From an uncultured Gemmatimonadaceae bacterium (GTDB lineage Bacteria > Gemmatimonadota > Gemmatimonadetes > Gemmatimonadales > Gemmatimonadaceae): a stretch of DNA of 64,000 nucleotides. The position numbers and the translations under genes were made by a program. Of this stretch, positions 28,701 to 40,200 are shown piece by piece. Location of the stretch: the NCBI GenBank assembly GCA_963740355.1, contig CAVUDW010000002.1, positions 2,016,001 through 2,080,000 on the forward strand, given 5' to 3'. Position 1 is the stretch's first letter, and every line of letters begins with the position of its first letter. The notes under the pieces were generated by a model, which was given only the letters and a program-made list of their open reading frames with translations, was not told the origin of the DNA and did not search any database.

Positions 28701-30335
28701 ATGACCACATCGCGCCGCGCATTCGTGGTCAGTGGTGGTGTATTGCTGCTTGGTGCGACGAGGCCGCGCTCGCCGCGCTTTACTGCTCGGGCAAACGTGG
28801 ACCTGATCCTTCGTGGTGGCACGGTCTACGACGGCACCGGAGCCCAGGGACGGGAGGTTGATGTTGCCATTCGTGGCGACCGTGTCGTGGCCATCGGCGC
28901 GTCGCTCCCCGAACGGGGCACGACGGAAATCGATGTGCGTGGTATGGCGGTGGCGCCTGGCTTTGTCGACATCCACTCACACGGTGATGGCTCGCTAGGC
29001 GAAGATCCCCGGGCCGAGTCCGTGATTCGACAGGGGATCACGACCATCGTGGTCGGTGCGGATGGGAGTTCACGAGCCACGGGCACAGCTGCGAAGTCGT
29101 TCGCTGGATTGTTCGCGAGGATCGACCGCGCGCACGTGGCACCCAACGTGGCCTCGATGATCGGACTTGGCAGTGTGCGAGGCGCTGTTGTGGGAAACAA
29201 CAATCGCCGCGCGACAGCCTCCGAGCTGCGGCGCATGGTGGCGATGGTCGATCGGGCACTAGCCGACGGTGCCTGCGGTGCATCGTCGGGGTTGGAATAC
29301 ACTCCGGGTGCGTTTGCGTCACCCGAGGAACTGGTCGCCTTGTGCACGCCGCTGTCTCGCCGCGGACTGTCTTATGCCACCCATATGCGCAACGAAGACG
29401 ACCGCCTGCTGGACGCCATCGCCGAGTCGATCGCGGTGGCCCGTGGGGCTCGTTGTGGGTTGCAGATTTCGCACCTGAAGACGCAGGGACCGCGCAACTG
29501 GAGCAAGCTGCAACAGGCGTTCGACCAGATCGACGCGGCACGCGCTGCCGGTATCGATGTGGCTTTCGACCGCTATCCCTATGTCGCCTACGCCACTGGC
29601 CTGACGAATCTCTTTCCAGTCTGGAGTCGCGACGGCAGCACGGCGGCGTTCCTCACCCGTCTGCGCAATCCGCAGACCGCGCCGAAAATCGAGGCCGAGA
29701 CCCTCGCCAAGGTGGAATTGATCGGCGGGTGGGACAACGTGCAGATCACATCCGTGCCCTCGCCATCCGATCGAGATGTGCAGGGGAAACGTTTCGGAAC
29801 CTGGGCGAGTTCGATCGGCAAGCGGCCCTACGAGGCGGCTGTCGCACTGCTGGAACGCAATCAGGGACGCGTCGACATGGCAGGCTTCGCGATGAGTGAG
29901 GAAAATCTCGAACGAATTCTTGCGCATCCGCTGGGCATGGTCTGCAGCGACGGCGGCGCCTTTGCCGTCGATGGGCCGACACGGCGTGGCAGCCCACACC
30001 CACGCGGCGCTGGAAGTTTTCCCCGCGTGCTCGGTCGCTATGTCCGCGAGCGAAAGATCCTGCCGCTTCCGGAAGCGATTCGAAAGCTGACCTCACTGCC
30101 GGCCGATCGGCTCAGGCTGGGGGAGCGTGGTCGATTGGCGGTTGGCAAGGCTGCGGATGTCGTGGTCTTCGATCCGGCGCGCATTGCCGATACCGCCACC
30201 TACGAGCGCCCATTCCAGTACCCAGTGGGCATCTCGCTGGTGATCGTGAATGGGCAGGTTGCCTTGCGCGATGGCGTCCGCAGCCGCGTGCTGACCGGCA
30301 GGGCATTGCGTAGCGATCCGGTGCGCGGTTCATGA
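28701..30335 (+). CDS. N-acyl-D-amino-acid deacylase (D-aminoacylase), Tat-like signal
   Basis: SRRAFV leader; GGTVYDGTG, APGFVDIHSH, HMRNE, SHLK, HPRGAGSFPRVLG. Confidence 0.92.
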   Translation: MTTSRRAFVVSGGVLLLGATRPRSPRFTARANVDLILRGGTVYDGTGAQGREVDVAIRGDRVVAIGASLPERGTTEIDVRGMAVAPGFVDIHSHGDGSLGEDPRAESVIRQGITTIVVGADGSSRATGTAAKSFAGLFARIDRAHVAPNVASMIGLGSVRGAVVGNNNRRATASELRRMVAMVDRALADGACGASSGLEYTPGAFASPEELVALCTPLSRRGLSYATHMRNEDDRLLDAIAESIAVARGARCGLQISHLKTQGPRNWSKLQQAFDQIDAARAAGIDVAFDRYPYVAYATGLTNLFPVWSRDGSTAAFLTRLRNPQTAPKIEAETLAKVELIGGWDNVQITSVPSPSDRDVQGKRFGTWASSIGKRPYEAAVALLERNQGRVDMAGFAMSEENLERILAHPLGMVCSDGGAFAVDGPTRRGSPHPRGAGSFPRVLGRYVRERKILPLPEAIRKLTSLPADRLRLGERGRLAVGKAADVVVFDPARIADTATYERPFQYPVGISLVIVNGQVALRDGVRSRVLTGRALRSDPVRGS

Positions 30336-30347
30336 CGTAGTTGGGAG

Positions 30348-31316
30348 ATGAAGCGCCTTCCCGCTGTCGCGTTGTTGATCGCCACCCTCGTGGTGCCACA
30401 TGTCTGCGCCGGTCAGGCGATCTCCACCACCGGCACCGAGCGCGACACGCGGCGGCAGTCGTACTGGCGTCTCTCGTACGACAACGACTTCTTCACGGCC
30501 ACCGACAAGTACTTCACGCAGGGGATCGCGCTCGAGATCGTGTCGCCTCGCTTGCGTGCACTTCCGGCGCGACGGGTGCTGATCGCGCCGCGCGCCACCG
30601 TCGTGCGCTACGGCATTGGCTACGAGGATGATGGCTACACGGCCAGTGACCTGAAGGCGCCGCAGATCCTGTGGGATGATCATCCGTATGCGGGCACCAA
30701 GCAGTTGCGGCTCTTTGCGATCGCGGATGACACGCTGCGACGTCAGCGCGTCACCTCGATGCTGACCCTCGGACTGATTGGCCAGGGCGCTGGGGGAAAG
30801 GAGATCCAGACGTTCATCCATCGACGGACTGGCAATACCATCCCGCAGGGCTGGGGCAACCAGATCCGGAATGATGTGATCCTCAACTACGAGGCTGGTA
30901 TGGAGCGCCAGTTGTTTCGCGCCAGCGACCGCCTCCTCCTGACAGGCAGCAGCAGTGCGCGCGCCGGCACCTTCAACACCGCGGCCACCGTTGGCGTAAC
31001 GGCCATGCTTGGTCGCGTCGGATCACCGTTCGCCACGGCACGACCGCGGCGCGAGATGTACCTGTACGCCAAGCCCCAGGTGAATCTGGTCGGCTACGAT
31101 GCCACGCTGCAGGGTGGGCTGTTCAATCGCTCGAGCCCGTACACAATCTCCGCCAGCGCACTCTCGCGCATCGTGTATCGGCAGCAAGTGGGGCTCGTGT
31201 ACCGCTCGCGCCACCACTTTTTCGAGTACTACCAATCGCTTGGCACGCGGGAGTTTCGCGGCGGACGCGCGCATCGATCCGGTGGATTTCAGCTCGGCTT
31301 CATGCGCGGGCAGTAG
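30348..31316 (+). CDS. Lipid A deacylase LpxR family outer-membrane protein
   Basis: YDNDFF..TDKYFTQG, DHPYAG, PQGWGNQI, YDATLQG. Confidence 0.85.
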   Translation: MKRLPAVALLIATLVVPHVCAGQAISTTGTERDTRRQSYWRLSYDNDFFTATDKYFTQGIALEIVSPRLRALPARRVLIAPRATVVRYGIGYEDDGYTASDLKAPQILWDDHPYAGTKQLRLFAIADDTLRRQRVTSMLTLGLIGQGAGGKEIQTFIHRRTGNTIPQGWGNQIRNDVILNYEAGMERQLFRASDRLLLTGSSSARAGTFNTAATVGVTAMLGRVGSPFATARPRREMYLYAKPQVNLVGYDATLQGGLFNRSSPYTISASALSRIVYRQQVGLVYRSRHHFFEYYQSLGTREFRGGRAHRSGGFQLGFMRGQ

Positions 31317-33867
31317 TCAGGGGCAGGCTGGCGCGGCGTTTCGCGATCCGGCGAAACAGCTTCACGACCTCGGTCACGATCAACCCGACTGTCGACGCAA
31401 CGAGGCAAAGGCCGAGATCCGTGGAGGACAGCGGATCGGTATGCAGCAGCCGGTTGCCGATGGGCGTGTAGATCGCCGCCATTTGCAGGGCAATCGTCAG
31501 CAGCAGCGCGAGCAGCAGTGGCGTGTTCGACAGGATCGGGAGCGAGAAGATCGACTGTGTGTGTGACCGGACCGACAGCGCCTGGCCAACTTGCAGCAAG
31601 GTGAGCACCGTGAACACCATCGTCTGGTCGTTCTGGCGCCCGCTCGATGCGGCAAAGAACTGCACCAGCAAGGTGACGAGTGCCATCACGCACCCCATCA
31701 CGCCGATGCTGATCCACATCGACGTGTCGAACAATCCCTGCGTCGGTGGCTGCGGCGGACGCGCCATCGTATCCGGTTCAGCCGGTTCGGCCGCCAGCGC
31801 GAGACCAGGAACACCATCGGTCACGAGGTTGATCCAGAGGAGTTGCACCGGCAGCAGTGGCAATGGAAGGGCGAAGAACGGTGCCAGGAACACCACCAGC
31901 ACTTCGGCCAGGTTGCAGGCCAGGACATACCGAATGAACTTGCGAATGTTGTCGTAGATGCGGCGGCCTTCGCGCACTGCCGCGACGATCGACGCGAAGT
32001 TGTCGTCGAGCAGCACCAGGTCCGCAGCTTCACGCGCCACGTCGGTTCCGGTGCGGCCCATCGCCACACCGATGTCAGCTTGTGAGAGGGCAGGCGCATC
32101 GTTCACGCCGTCGCCGGTCATGGCCACGAACTGCCCCTTTGCCTGCAGGGCGGCCACGATTCGAATCTTCTGCGCCGGATCGACGCGCGCATAGATCCGC
32201 GTCTCGAGCACGCGCTCCGCGAGTGCGGCGTCGTCCATCGCCAGCAAGTCGCGCCCCGTCAGCAGGGCGCGCTGGTCGTCGGCGCCGATAATGCCGATCT
32301 CCCGCGCGATCGACTCGGCGGTCTCGGCATGATCACCGGTGATCATCACGGTCGCGATCCCCGCCGCATGGCAGGCTGCAATCGCTGGTGCCGACTCGGC
32401 ACGGGCCGGGTCCATCAGGCCCACGCAGCCGAGAATCTCGACGTCGGCTGAAATCGTGTCGTCCGGCAACAGGCCAGCCACGGTCCTCCGCGCGAATGCA
32501 ATCACGCGCAAGCCGGACCGCGCCATCGCCTCGGCTTCGTGCTGCAACTCGGGGGCGTGCACGAGCAGCAGCTCCGGCGCTCCCTTCGTGTACGCGATGG
32601 CGCTGCTGCCATCACCCGCGGCGTGCACGGTGGTCATCCGCTTGCGATCGGAGGTGAACGACAGCGTTGCGGTGCGGGGCGTTTGCAACTCGAGCTCGCG
32701 CCGCGCGAATCCGTTGCTTTCCGCGTACATGGCCAGCGCGACTTCCGTCGGCTCGCCCTTCGCACCATCGGCGGCGGTGACATCGACGTCGTTGCAGAGT
32801 GCCATCGCCGTCAGCAGTCCGGGAAGATCGACGGCACGCGCGTCCACCACGGTCATGCGGTTCTGCGTCAGCGTCCCCGTCTTGTCGGAGCAGATGTAGG
32901 TCACCGATCCGAGTGTCTCAACGGCCGGGAGCCGACGAATCAGAGCCTGGTGCCGCACCATCCGGCGCGCGCCAATCGCCAGCAATACCGTCACGACGGC
33001 CGGCATCGCCTCAGGGATCGCTGCCACGGCGAGGCTGATCGCCGTCATCAGCATCAGCACGGCACGTTCGCCGCGCAACACGCCGGCGGTGAAGACGATG
33101 ACACAGATGGCGATGGCGACCAGCGCGAGCGTGCGGCTGACCCGTGCCAGCCGACGCTGCAACGGTGTTGTGAGTGGCGCCACACCAGAGATCAACCCGG
33201 CGATCTTGCCGATTTCGGTGGCACCGCCAGTCGCGACGACGATGCCGCGCGCTGATCCGCGGGTGGCGATAGTGCCGCTGAACGCCATGTTCAGTTGGTC
33301 CCCGAGTGGTGCGCTGGCGTCACTCACGAGGTCGAGCGTCTTGTGCACCGCGACCGACTCTCCGGTGAGCGCAGATTCGTCCACCTCGAGGTCGCTCAGC
33401 GCGGTCAGCCGAACATCGGCGGCCACGCGCGCGCCACCTTCCAGTCGGATGAGGTCGCCGACGACCAGCTCACGCGCAGGCAGCAGGCGAGTCACAGCAC
33501 CACGGATCACCGTCACCTCGGACGCTGCCATCTTGCGCAGTTCGCCGACGGCGCGTGCTGCTCGGAGCTCCTGCGTAAAGCCGATCAGCGCATTGAGCAC
33601 GACGATCAACGCGATCATCCAGGCATCTGATGCGTCACCGACTGCCACTGAAATTGCCGCGGCCGCCAGCAACAGCAGGATCATGACGTCACGGAATTGC
33701 GCCAACAGCAGTTGCGGCCACGAGGCGACAGCGTGTTCAGCGACTTCGTTCGGTCCGTCCCTGGCGAGTCGAGCGGCGGCTTCGGATTCGGTCAGTCCTG
33801 TCGAAGCATTTGTCTCGATCGTGTTCGCCACGGCATCGGGCGTCAGCGCTGGCCACTGCATTGTCAT
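31300..33867 (-). CDS. Cation-transporting P-type ATPase (type IIA, Ca2+-like)
   Basis: LTGES, IPEAMP, DKTGTLT, KGAPE, MITGD, TGDGVNDAPAL, WINLVTDG. Confidence 0.95.
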   Translation of the reverse strand: MTMQWPALTPDAVANTIETNASTGLTESEAAARLARDGPNEVAEHAVASWPQLLLAQFRDVMILLLLAAAAISVAVGDASDAWMIALIVVLNALIGFTQELRAARAVGELRKMAASEVTVIRGAVTRLLPARELVVGDLIRLEGGARVAADVRLTALSDLEVDESALTGESVAVHKTLDLVSDASAPLGDQLNMAFSGTIATRGSARGIVVATGGATEIGKIAGLISGVAPLTTPLQRRLARVSRTLALVAIAICVIVFTAGVLRGERAVLMLMTAISLAVAAIPEAMPAVVTVLLAIGARRMVRHQALIRRLPAVETLGSVTYICSDKTGTLTQNRMTVVDARAVDLPGLLTAMALCNDVDVTAADGAKGEPTEVALAMYAESNGFARRELELQTPRTATLSFTSDRKRMTTVHAAGDGSSAIAYTKGAPELLLVHAPELQHEAEAMARSGLRVIAFARRTVAGLLPDDTISADVEILGCVGLMDPARAESAPAIAACHAAGIATVMITGDHAETAESIAREIGIIGADDQRALLTGRDLLAMDDAALAERVLETRIYARVDPAQKIRIVAALQAKGQFVAMTGDGVNDAPALSQADIGVAMGRTGTDVAREAADLVLLDDNFASIVAAVREGRRIYDNIRKFIRYVLACNLAEVLVVFLAPFFALPLPLLPVQLLWINLVTDGVPGLALAAEPAEPDTMARPPQPPTQGLFDTSMWISIGVMGCVMALVTLLVQFFAASSGRQNDQTMVFTVLTLLQVGQALSVRSHTQSIFSLPILSNTPLLLALLLTIALQMAAIYTPIGNRLLHTDPLSSTDLGLCLVASTVGLIVTEVVKLFRRIAKRRASLPLTTARA

Positions 33868-33918
33868 ACCGCAGGGTAGCGCAACGAGGAGCGCTATGCA
33901 GGAATTCCGCGCACCACG

Positions 33919-35088
33919 CTACGGCTTGCCACCGGTCATCAGCACGCCGTCCACCGACCCGAAATCGTCCGCCGCTGGTGCGAGATTCGTCGGTTGCTGC
34001 CACGCACCGTCGTTCAGTCGTATGGCCACGCGCCAGGTGCCGGCAGCCGGCGCCGCTCCGCAGTAGAAGCTGTGTGAGTCCCTGGGATGGCAGTTGCGTG
34101 GCACCCACTCGGTGAAGTCACCACGTAGCGAGGCGCGCTCGACCGACGTCATGCCAGCATCGAGCAACAGCATTCCGTTGACGACGCGCAGCGTCGGTCC
34201 GGCACGCGAGGATGTCACTGAACGCGAGAAGACGCGCGAGCCACCGATCCGGAGGCCGAGCAGCGCACTCCGCCCCGATGGAATGCCAGAGCGTACATCA
34301 GGAAGCCGCTGTGCCCCGCCGGCGAACAGCGAGATGCCGCGCGCCGTGGTGAATGTGAATGCGAGCTGCGGTCCGGCCCGCGTGCCACTGAGCCCTTGCT
34401 CCATGGCGCGAAGCGCTACGGACGCGTCGGCCCGCAGCCGGCCGCGTTCCCAGATCATGCGTGGCGTCAGGTCCAGTGTGCGAACGGCAAACTTCTCCGT
34501 GGCGTCCGCAGAAATGCCAAGTCGCTCCTGCAATGCCGCAGGCCGCATTGCGTCTGTGTAGCGAGCTTCAACCGCCAGCAACGTTGCGCCGCGATTGTGT
34601 GTGGCACTGGCGCCAACATCCATGTCCCGCCACATCTCGCCGCTGTACCGCAGCTGGCCGATGCGTGCGCTGAGCGTTGCGCCGATGGTCGGTGAACTTG
34701 CGCGCCATTCGGCACCGACGTCGCCATGCCAGGTGGAAAGCAGCCCAGTGGTTTTCAGGACCTGTCCAGTGCCGGTGAAGCGCACACCACGCATTGCTGG
34801 CGATCGCACGAAACCGCTGCCGAGAAATGACTGCCAGACCGGCGAACCGGTGGCGAGCACTGCGTCGCCGCCGATGCTGGCATCCCGTGCGGTGAGTTGC
34901 GCACTCGGGGCGAGGTAGAAGGCGGCACCGGTGCGGACGAGTGGTTGCTCGATGGCGGCTGCACCTGTCTCGACGCTGGCGCTGATGCGAGTTGAACGTA
35001 CCGGCGCCTGTGCCGTGACGGTGCGCGCGATTGCCGTGGCTGTCGCTACCGTGATGATGGCGCGGAGAACCCCTGGCGCGCGGCGCAT
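33919..35088 (-). CDS. Exported beta-rich protein with C-terminal glycogen-binding (CBM48/AMPK-like) domain
   Basis: Signal peptide; alternating beta-strand pattern; C-terminal LRGDFTEW..GTWRVAIRLNDGAW..DDFG. Confidence 0.7.
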   Translation of the reverse strand: MRRAPGVLRAIITVATATAIARTVTAQAPVRSTRISASVETGAAAIEQPLVRTGAAFYLAPSAQLTARDASIGGDAVLATGSPVWQSFLGSGFVRSPAMRGVRFTGTGQVLKTTGLLSTWHGDVGAEWRASSPTIGATLSARIGQLRYSGEMWRDMDVGASATHNRGATLLAVEARYTDAMRPAALQERLGISADATEKFAVRTLDLTPRMIWERGRLRADASVALRAMEQGLSGTRAGPQLAFTFTTARGISLFAGGAQRLPDVRSGIPSGRSALLGLRIGGSRVFSRSVTSSRAGPTLRVVNGMLLLDAGMTSVERASLRGDFTEWVPRNCHPRDSHSFYCGAAPAAGTWRVAIRLNDGAWQQPTNLAPAADDFGSVDGVLMTGGKP

Positions 35089-35090
35089 CG

Positions 35091-35753
35091 TCAGGGCTTC
35101 GAGCCGAGGCTGCTCACACCCGGCAGGCCGACGCCACTCGTGGCGGCCGTGGGGCCGATGCCACCAATCAATCGCGTCATCCGGTCGTTGAGCGCGGCGT
35201 CGGGTGATGCGCCGCTGGCCACGTCACGCGCCAGGTCATCGGCGATGGCGAGGAGGGTGTTCGACGCCACCTGACGATCGAGTAACGCGCGGGCTGCGCG
35301 CACTGCCTGATCCTGTGTGACGCCGCGTCGTACGAGCCGAATCACGAACAGGAAATACGGTTCGGCGGAGCGTCGACCTGCGGCCACTCGGAGCGTCCGC
35401 AGCGACCTTCCGGATACGCCGGCCGCCAGCGCCTCGGCGCCCGCGTGCAACTCCGGGCTCGTGACGGTGGGTGCGAGCAGGCGCGCGACAGAGTCCACGC
35501 GCGCGGCGAGCAGGGCGACGGCGTCGGCAATGCGTGTTTGCGTGGCGCCCTTGGCCGAACCCTCAGCGATCTTTTCGCGCAGCAGTTCCGTGGGCAGGCC
35601 ACGGCGGTCGAAGTCACGGACCAGGGCATCGATGCGCTGCTGCGCGACGCGGTCAGCCTCGCTGGTGGCCGATTGCGCCCGCAGTTCACGGATGCCGCGG
35701 GTGCCGCTGGCAAGCAGCAACACGCCGACGAGCGCAGCGGCGCGCCAGTTCAC
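35091..35753 (-). CDS. Hypothetical exported helical protein
   Basis: Signal peptide; GLP..LREKIAEGSAKGA; overlaps the upstream gene by 4 nt. Confidence 0.7.
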   Translation of the reverse strand: MNWRAAALVGVLLLASGTRGIRELRAQSATSEADRVAQQRIDALVRDFDRRGLPTELLREKIAEGSAKGATQTRIADAVALLAARVDSVARLLAPTVTSPELHAGAEALAAGVSGRSLRTLRVAAGRRSAEPYFLFVIRLVRRGVTQDQAVRAARALLDRQVASNTLLAIADDLARDVASGASPDAALNDRMTRLIGGIGPTAATSGVGLPGVSSLGSKP

Positions 35754-36355
35754 GGCGCCTCGCCGACCACGAGCTCCGACCCCGTGACGCCGAAGTCGTG
35801 ATCCTCGACCGCATCGCGCATCGGATCGCGACGGAAGCGTCGACCGTCCACGAGGTAGGCGTAGACGTATCGTCCGGGCGGCAACAGCGTGGTCACGCGC
35901 CAGCGGCCGTCGGCACCGCGTTGCATGAGATTCACGTCGCGTGACCAGTGATTGAAGTCGCCAAGGACCTGCACCGATCGCGCATCCGGCGCGTCGAACT
36001 CGAAGACGATCGGGCGTGCGGCCGTAGCCATCACGGGTGTGACCGTCATGCCGACCGGTGTCACTTCGACAATTCGATTGGCTGCCGCGCCGATGTCCTG
36101 CGACGCGACCGCGACGGACTCCGCGCCAGCGCGGGTGCTCGCCTGTCGAACGAATGCCGCGCCCAGCGCGACGACCGCCACGGCGGCGGCCGCACGCATC
36201 GTCCAGGTGGTGGCGCGGTGGATTGGTGCGTTGGCGAGTACGGCGCGTGCGGCGACGCGTGCCACCGACTCGTTGTCCACCGTCGGCGTCTGTTGCAACG
36301 CGGTCAGCGCGGCAGCTAGGCGTGTCTCCGCACTCGGCATGTCTTCAGGCATCAT
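35750..36355 (-). CDS. Putative anti-sigma factor with extracytoplasmic isoamylase early-set/CBM48-like domain
   Basis: Short N-region, TM AAAAVAVVALG, then FEFDAPDARSVQVLGDFNHW..LPPGRYVYAYLVDG..DP..DFG; start overlaps the sigma stop. Confidence 0.8.
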   Translation of the reverse strand: MMPEDMPSAETRLAAALTALQQTPTVDNESVARVAARAVLANAPIHRATTWTMRAAAAVAVVALGAAFVRQASTRAGAESVAVASQDIGAAANRIVEVTPVGMTVTPVMATAARPIVFEFDAPDARSVQVLGDFNHWSRDVNLMQRGADGRWRVTTLLPPGRYVYAYLVDGRRFRRDPMRDAVEDHDFGVTGSELVVGEAP

Positions 36356-36947
36356 TGTCGTCCTCGCGCAGCAGCTCGCGCACCGCATCCATGGCACGTT
36401 TTGCGCGCATCTTGCACGCCGAGACGCCGACGCCGGTGATCACGGCGATTTCGTCGTAGCTGAAGCCTTCCACATGGTGCAGCAGGAAGGTCTCGCGTTG
36501 CATGGCCGGGAGCCGACCCAGGGCACGGAACACGCGCGCGACATCACTGCGCGTGGAGGTGGCTAGCAACGGGTCGATGGTGTCGTCCCGCAGCTGTTCG
36601 TCGAGGGGCTGCACGCGCAGGCTCCAACGGCGGAGCTTCACGCGCAGGCTGCGGCAGCAGTTGGCGAGAATGGTGAAGAACCAGCTTTCGAACGATCGCG
36701 TGTCGTCGTAGCGCGGCAGGGCACGATACGTCCGCACCCACGCATCCTGCACGATGTCCTCGACGTCGTCGCGGCTGGCCCCGGTCATCTGGCTCGCAAA
36801 CCGGATCGCGCGTGGCTGCATGTGCTCGACCAGCGCCGTGAAGGCTCCCGCCTCGCCATCGCGCGCGCGCAGGGCGAGCACGTCGGCGGTCGCCAGCGTT
36901 CCCTCCTGGGCGCGATGATCGAGCTGAAGCGGTCGGGGCAGGGGCAT
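36345..36947 (-). CDS. ECF RNA polymerase sigma factor
   Basis: DVEDIVQDAWVR, FESWFFTILAN, LPAMQRETFLLHHVEGFSYDEIA. Start uncertain. Confidence 0.92.
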   Translation of the reverse strand: MPLPRPLQLDHRAQEGTLATADVLALRARDGEAGAFTALVEHMQPRAIRFASQMTGASRDDVEDIVQDAWVRTYRALPRYDDTRSFESWFFTILANCCRSLRVKLRRWSLRVQPLDEQLRDDTIDPLLATSTRSDVARVFRALGRLPAMQRETFLLHHVEGFSYDEIAVITGVGVSACKMRAKRAMDAVRELLREDDNDA

Positions 36948-37217
36948 GCAGCCGTGCGGACGGGATGGGTCGGTGAGGCGGGGGGCAGGACTACAGGGAT
37001 ACTCACGGTTTGCGGTGCAGGTCACCCCTCGACCCCGGAACTCAGGCAGAACGCCAGGAATCCTCCCGGATTTCCCGACAGCCTTTCCCCGAGACGGGAA
37101 TATGTTCGCATTGCCCGGTCTGGCACTGGAAACTAACCTTGACCGGCTTGACCCCCCGCGGCGATTCGCGCCGCTCTCGACGGGGATCTGCCTGCTCTGT
37201 TCGTCCGGAGGACGTGC

Positions 37218-40200
37218 ATGACTTCTCTTTTTGTTCGCCGCGCGTGGTGCGCTGTGGGGCTGCTGTTGGCAGCGCCCCTGGCACTCAACGCGCAAGCCGC
37301 CACGGGCACCATCCGTGGCAAGGTCACGGAAGCGTCCTCGGGACGCGGCCTGCCCGATGCCCAGATTCAGGTCGTTGGCACGCGCGTTGGCGCGCTCAGC
37401 CAGGCGTCCGGTGACTACGTAATGACCGCCGTCCCGGTCGGGGCGCGCGTCGTCCAGATCCGACGCATCGGCTTCCAGCCGATCAGCCGCACCGTCCAGG
37501 TGTTGGCCGGCGGCAGCGTCACGGTGGATGCCGCCTTGTCGGTGAGCGCCATCAACCTCTCCGAAGTCGTCGTGACGGGCACCGCATCGCCGACGGAAAA
37601 GCGTCGCGTCGGTACCAGCATCGCCACCGTCGATTCCACGGTCGTCTCCAAGGCGCAGGCGGTCACGGTCGACCAAGCGTTGCAGGGCAAGATCGCGGGA
37701 GCCCAGATCTCGCAGAACTCCGGCGGTCCTGGCGGCGGCGGTATCTCCGTTCGTCTCCGCGGCACCAACAGCTTCATCGCCGGCTCCGACCCGCTCTACA
37801 TCATCGATGGCGTGATCGTGGACAATGGCTCGGCGCAGCTGGCCGACCTCGGTGGTCGTTCCAACCCGCAGAATCGTCTCGCTGACATCAACCCGGCCGA
37901 CATCGATCGCATCGAGATCATTCGTGGTGCGGCAGCGGCGGCACTCTACGGCTCACGCGCCAACAACGGCGTGGTGCAGATCTTCACCAAGCGTGGCGTG
38001 ATCGGCAAGCCGCGCGTGACCTTCTCCACCCGCCTCGGTTCCAACGAACTGCGCGAATATCAGCCGTTCAACTTCTACCCGTACGACGTGAATGGCCTGC
38101 CCATTTCACGCTTCGACCTGCAGAAGGAGATCTTCCGCAAGTCGCCATCGTATGAGCAGAACGTGACCGTCGAAGGTGGCAACGATGCGACCCGCTACTT
38201 CATCAGCCTCAACAACTCCGAGGACCAAGGCATCATCCGCAGCACCGAGTCGCGTCGCCAGGGCGCACGGCTCAACCTGCAGCAGCAGCTGTCGCCGACG
38301 CTGATCGCGAACGTGAGCACGAACTTCATCAACACGCGCAATCAGTTCCAGGCCTTTGGCGAGCAGAACGACTACGGCATCATGGGGTCGCTGTTCTTCG
38401 CGCCGACGCAGTACGACTTCCGCCCGGTGAACGGCATCTATCCGCTGCCGCCGGCACTCGGCACGAACCCGCTGCTGGCCATTGCGCGCATCCGCAACCC
38501 GCAGACGATCAACCGCTTCATCGGCTCGGCCAAGCTGACCTGGACGCCGGTGCCGAAGCTGCTGGTGGATTACACCGCCGGTCTCGACAACGCGGCCTTC
38601 GAACAGCGCCAGTTCATTCCGCGTGCCGCAGTCCTTGGCACCGGTCCGCTGTCCACCGGCCAGTCGCAGTCGATCTACCAGAACACCCGCGTGTTGAACC
38701 AGGACCTCGTCGGTTCCTACTCATGGAACCCGGGCCAGACCTTCGAGTGGAAGTCCACCGCAGGCCTCAACTACACGCAGCAGACGATCAACCTCACACA
38801 GGCTGGCGCGAACGGTCTCGCTCCGGTCGGTGAGTTGGTGAACGCCGGTTCGGTGAAGTTCGGCACGCAGGCGCTCACGCAACTGCGCACGCTCGGCTTC
38901 TTCGGGCAGCAGGAACTGGCCGCGTGGAACAAGCTGTTCCTGACTGCCGCCGTGCGATATGACGCATCGTCCACCTTCGCTCCGGCTGAGCGGTGGCAGG
39001 CGTTCCCGAAGTTCTCGGCCTCGTACGTCGTGCTCGAGAATCGTCCGGGATTGCTCAACAGCGTGCGCCTCCGCAGCGCGCTCGGATGGGCCGGCAGCCA
39101 GCCTGGTGCCACGAACGCGTATTCGCAGTACGTGCTCTACGCCAACAGCTCGTTCGGTGGACGCCCTGGTTTCGTGAACGACGTGACCTACGGCAACGAG
39201 CAGCTGAAGAACGAACGTGCGCGCGAGTGGGAACTGGGCACGGAAGTCGGCGGATTCGGCGGCCGCGTCGGCCTCGAAGCGACCTACTACGATCGCCTCG
39301 TCTCCGACCTGCTGTTCTTCAAGCCGCTGCCCACCAGCACCGGCTTCTCGCGCCAGTTCGCGCCGATCGGCCGGATGTCCAACAAGGGCATCGAGCTGCT
39401 CATGCGCACGGTCAACATCGACCGCCAGAACCTGCGTTGGGAATCGACGGTCACGTACACGCGCAACAAGAACCTCGTCGAGAGCCTGTCGATTCTCGAC
39501 TTCCAGTCAGCAGGTGGCTATCCGAACCGTATCCGCGCCGGTGAGCCAGTCGGTGTGTTCTACGGCTCGTACGCGGCGCGCAATTGCGTCACGGGTGCGC
39601 TGCTGGTGGACTCGCTCGGTCGTTATCGCCGCAGCAACCAGACCGCCGACATGGGCGCCACACTGGCCGCTCGTCAGGCACTCAGCGGCGGTACCTGCAA
39701 CGACTCGCTGAACAAGGTGATCGGCGATCCGAACCCGACCTGGCTGGGCTCGATCCTCAACGAAGTCACGATTGGCAAGAAGCTTCGCCTGCGCGCGCTG
39801 TTCGACGGCAGCTTCGGCAACGACATCCTCAACCTGTCCACCCGTGCGCAGAACGCCGGTGTGGCCAGCAACTCGAAGGAATACGAGCGCGAACTGCTGC
39901 CGTACGGTGACCCGCGCAAGCTGGCCCCGAACTTCAACGGTCGCACGCAGGGCATCTTCGAGTACTGGATCGAAGACGGCAGCTTCGTGAAGCTGCGCGA
40001 ACTCTCGGCCAGCTACACGGTCGACTGGGCGCCGGTGAAAAAGGTGTTCCGCGAAGGCGTGGACCTGACAGTCTCGGGTCGCAACCTGTGGGTGTGGACG
40101 AAGTACTCCGGCTACGATCCCGAAGTGACCGCGTTCGGCACCAATGCCGGCGGCCTGGGCTCGGTGCAGACGACTGCCGCCGATCGCGGCATCGACTTCG

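Noticed and set aside
36948..37217. Riboswitch (cobalamin/TPP) upstream of the TonB-dependent receptor
   Set aside because: No recognisable conserved aptamer motifs by eye; an Rfam scan would settle it.
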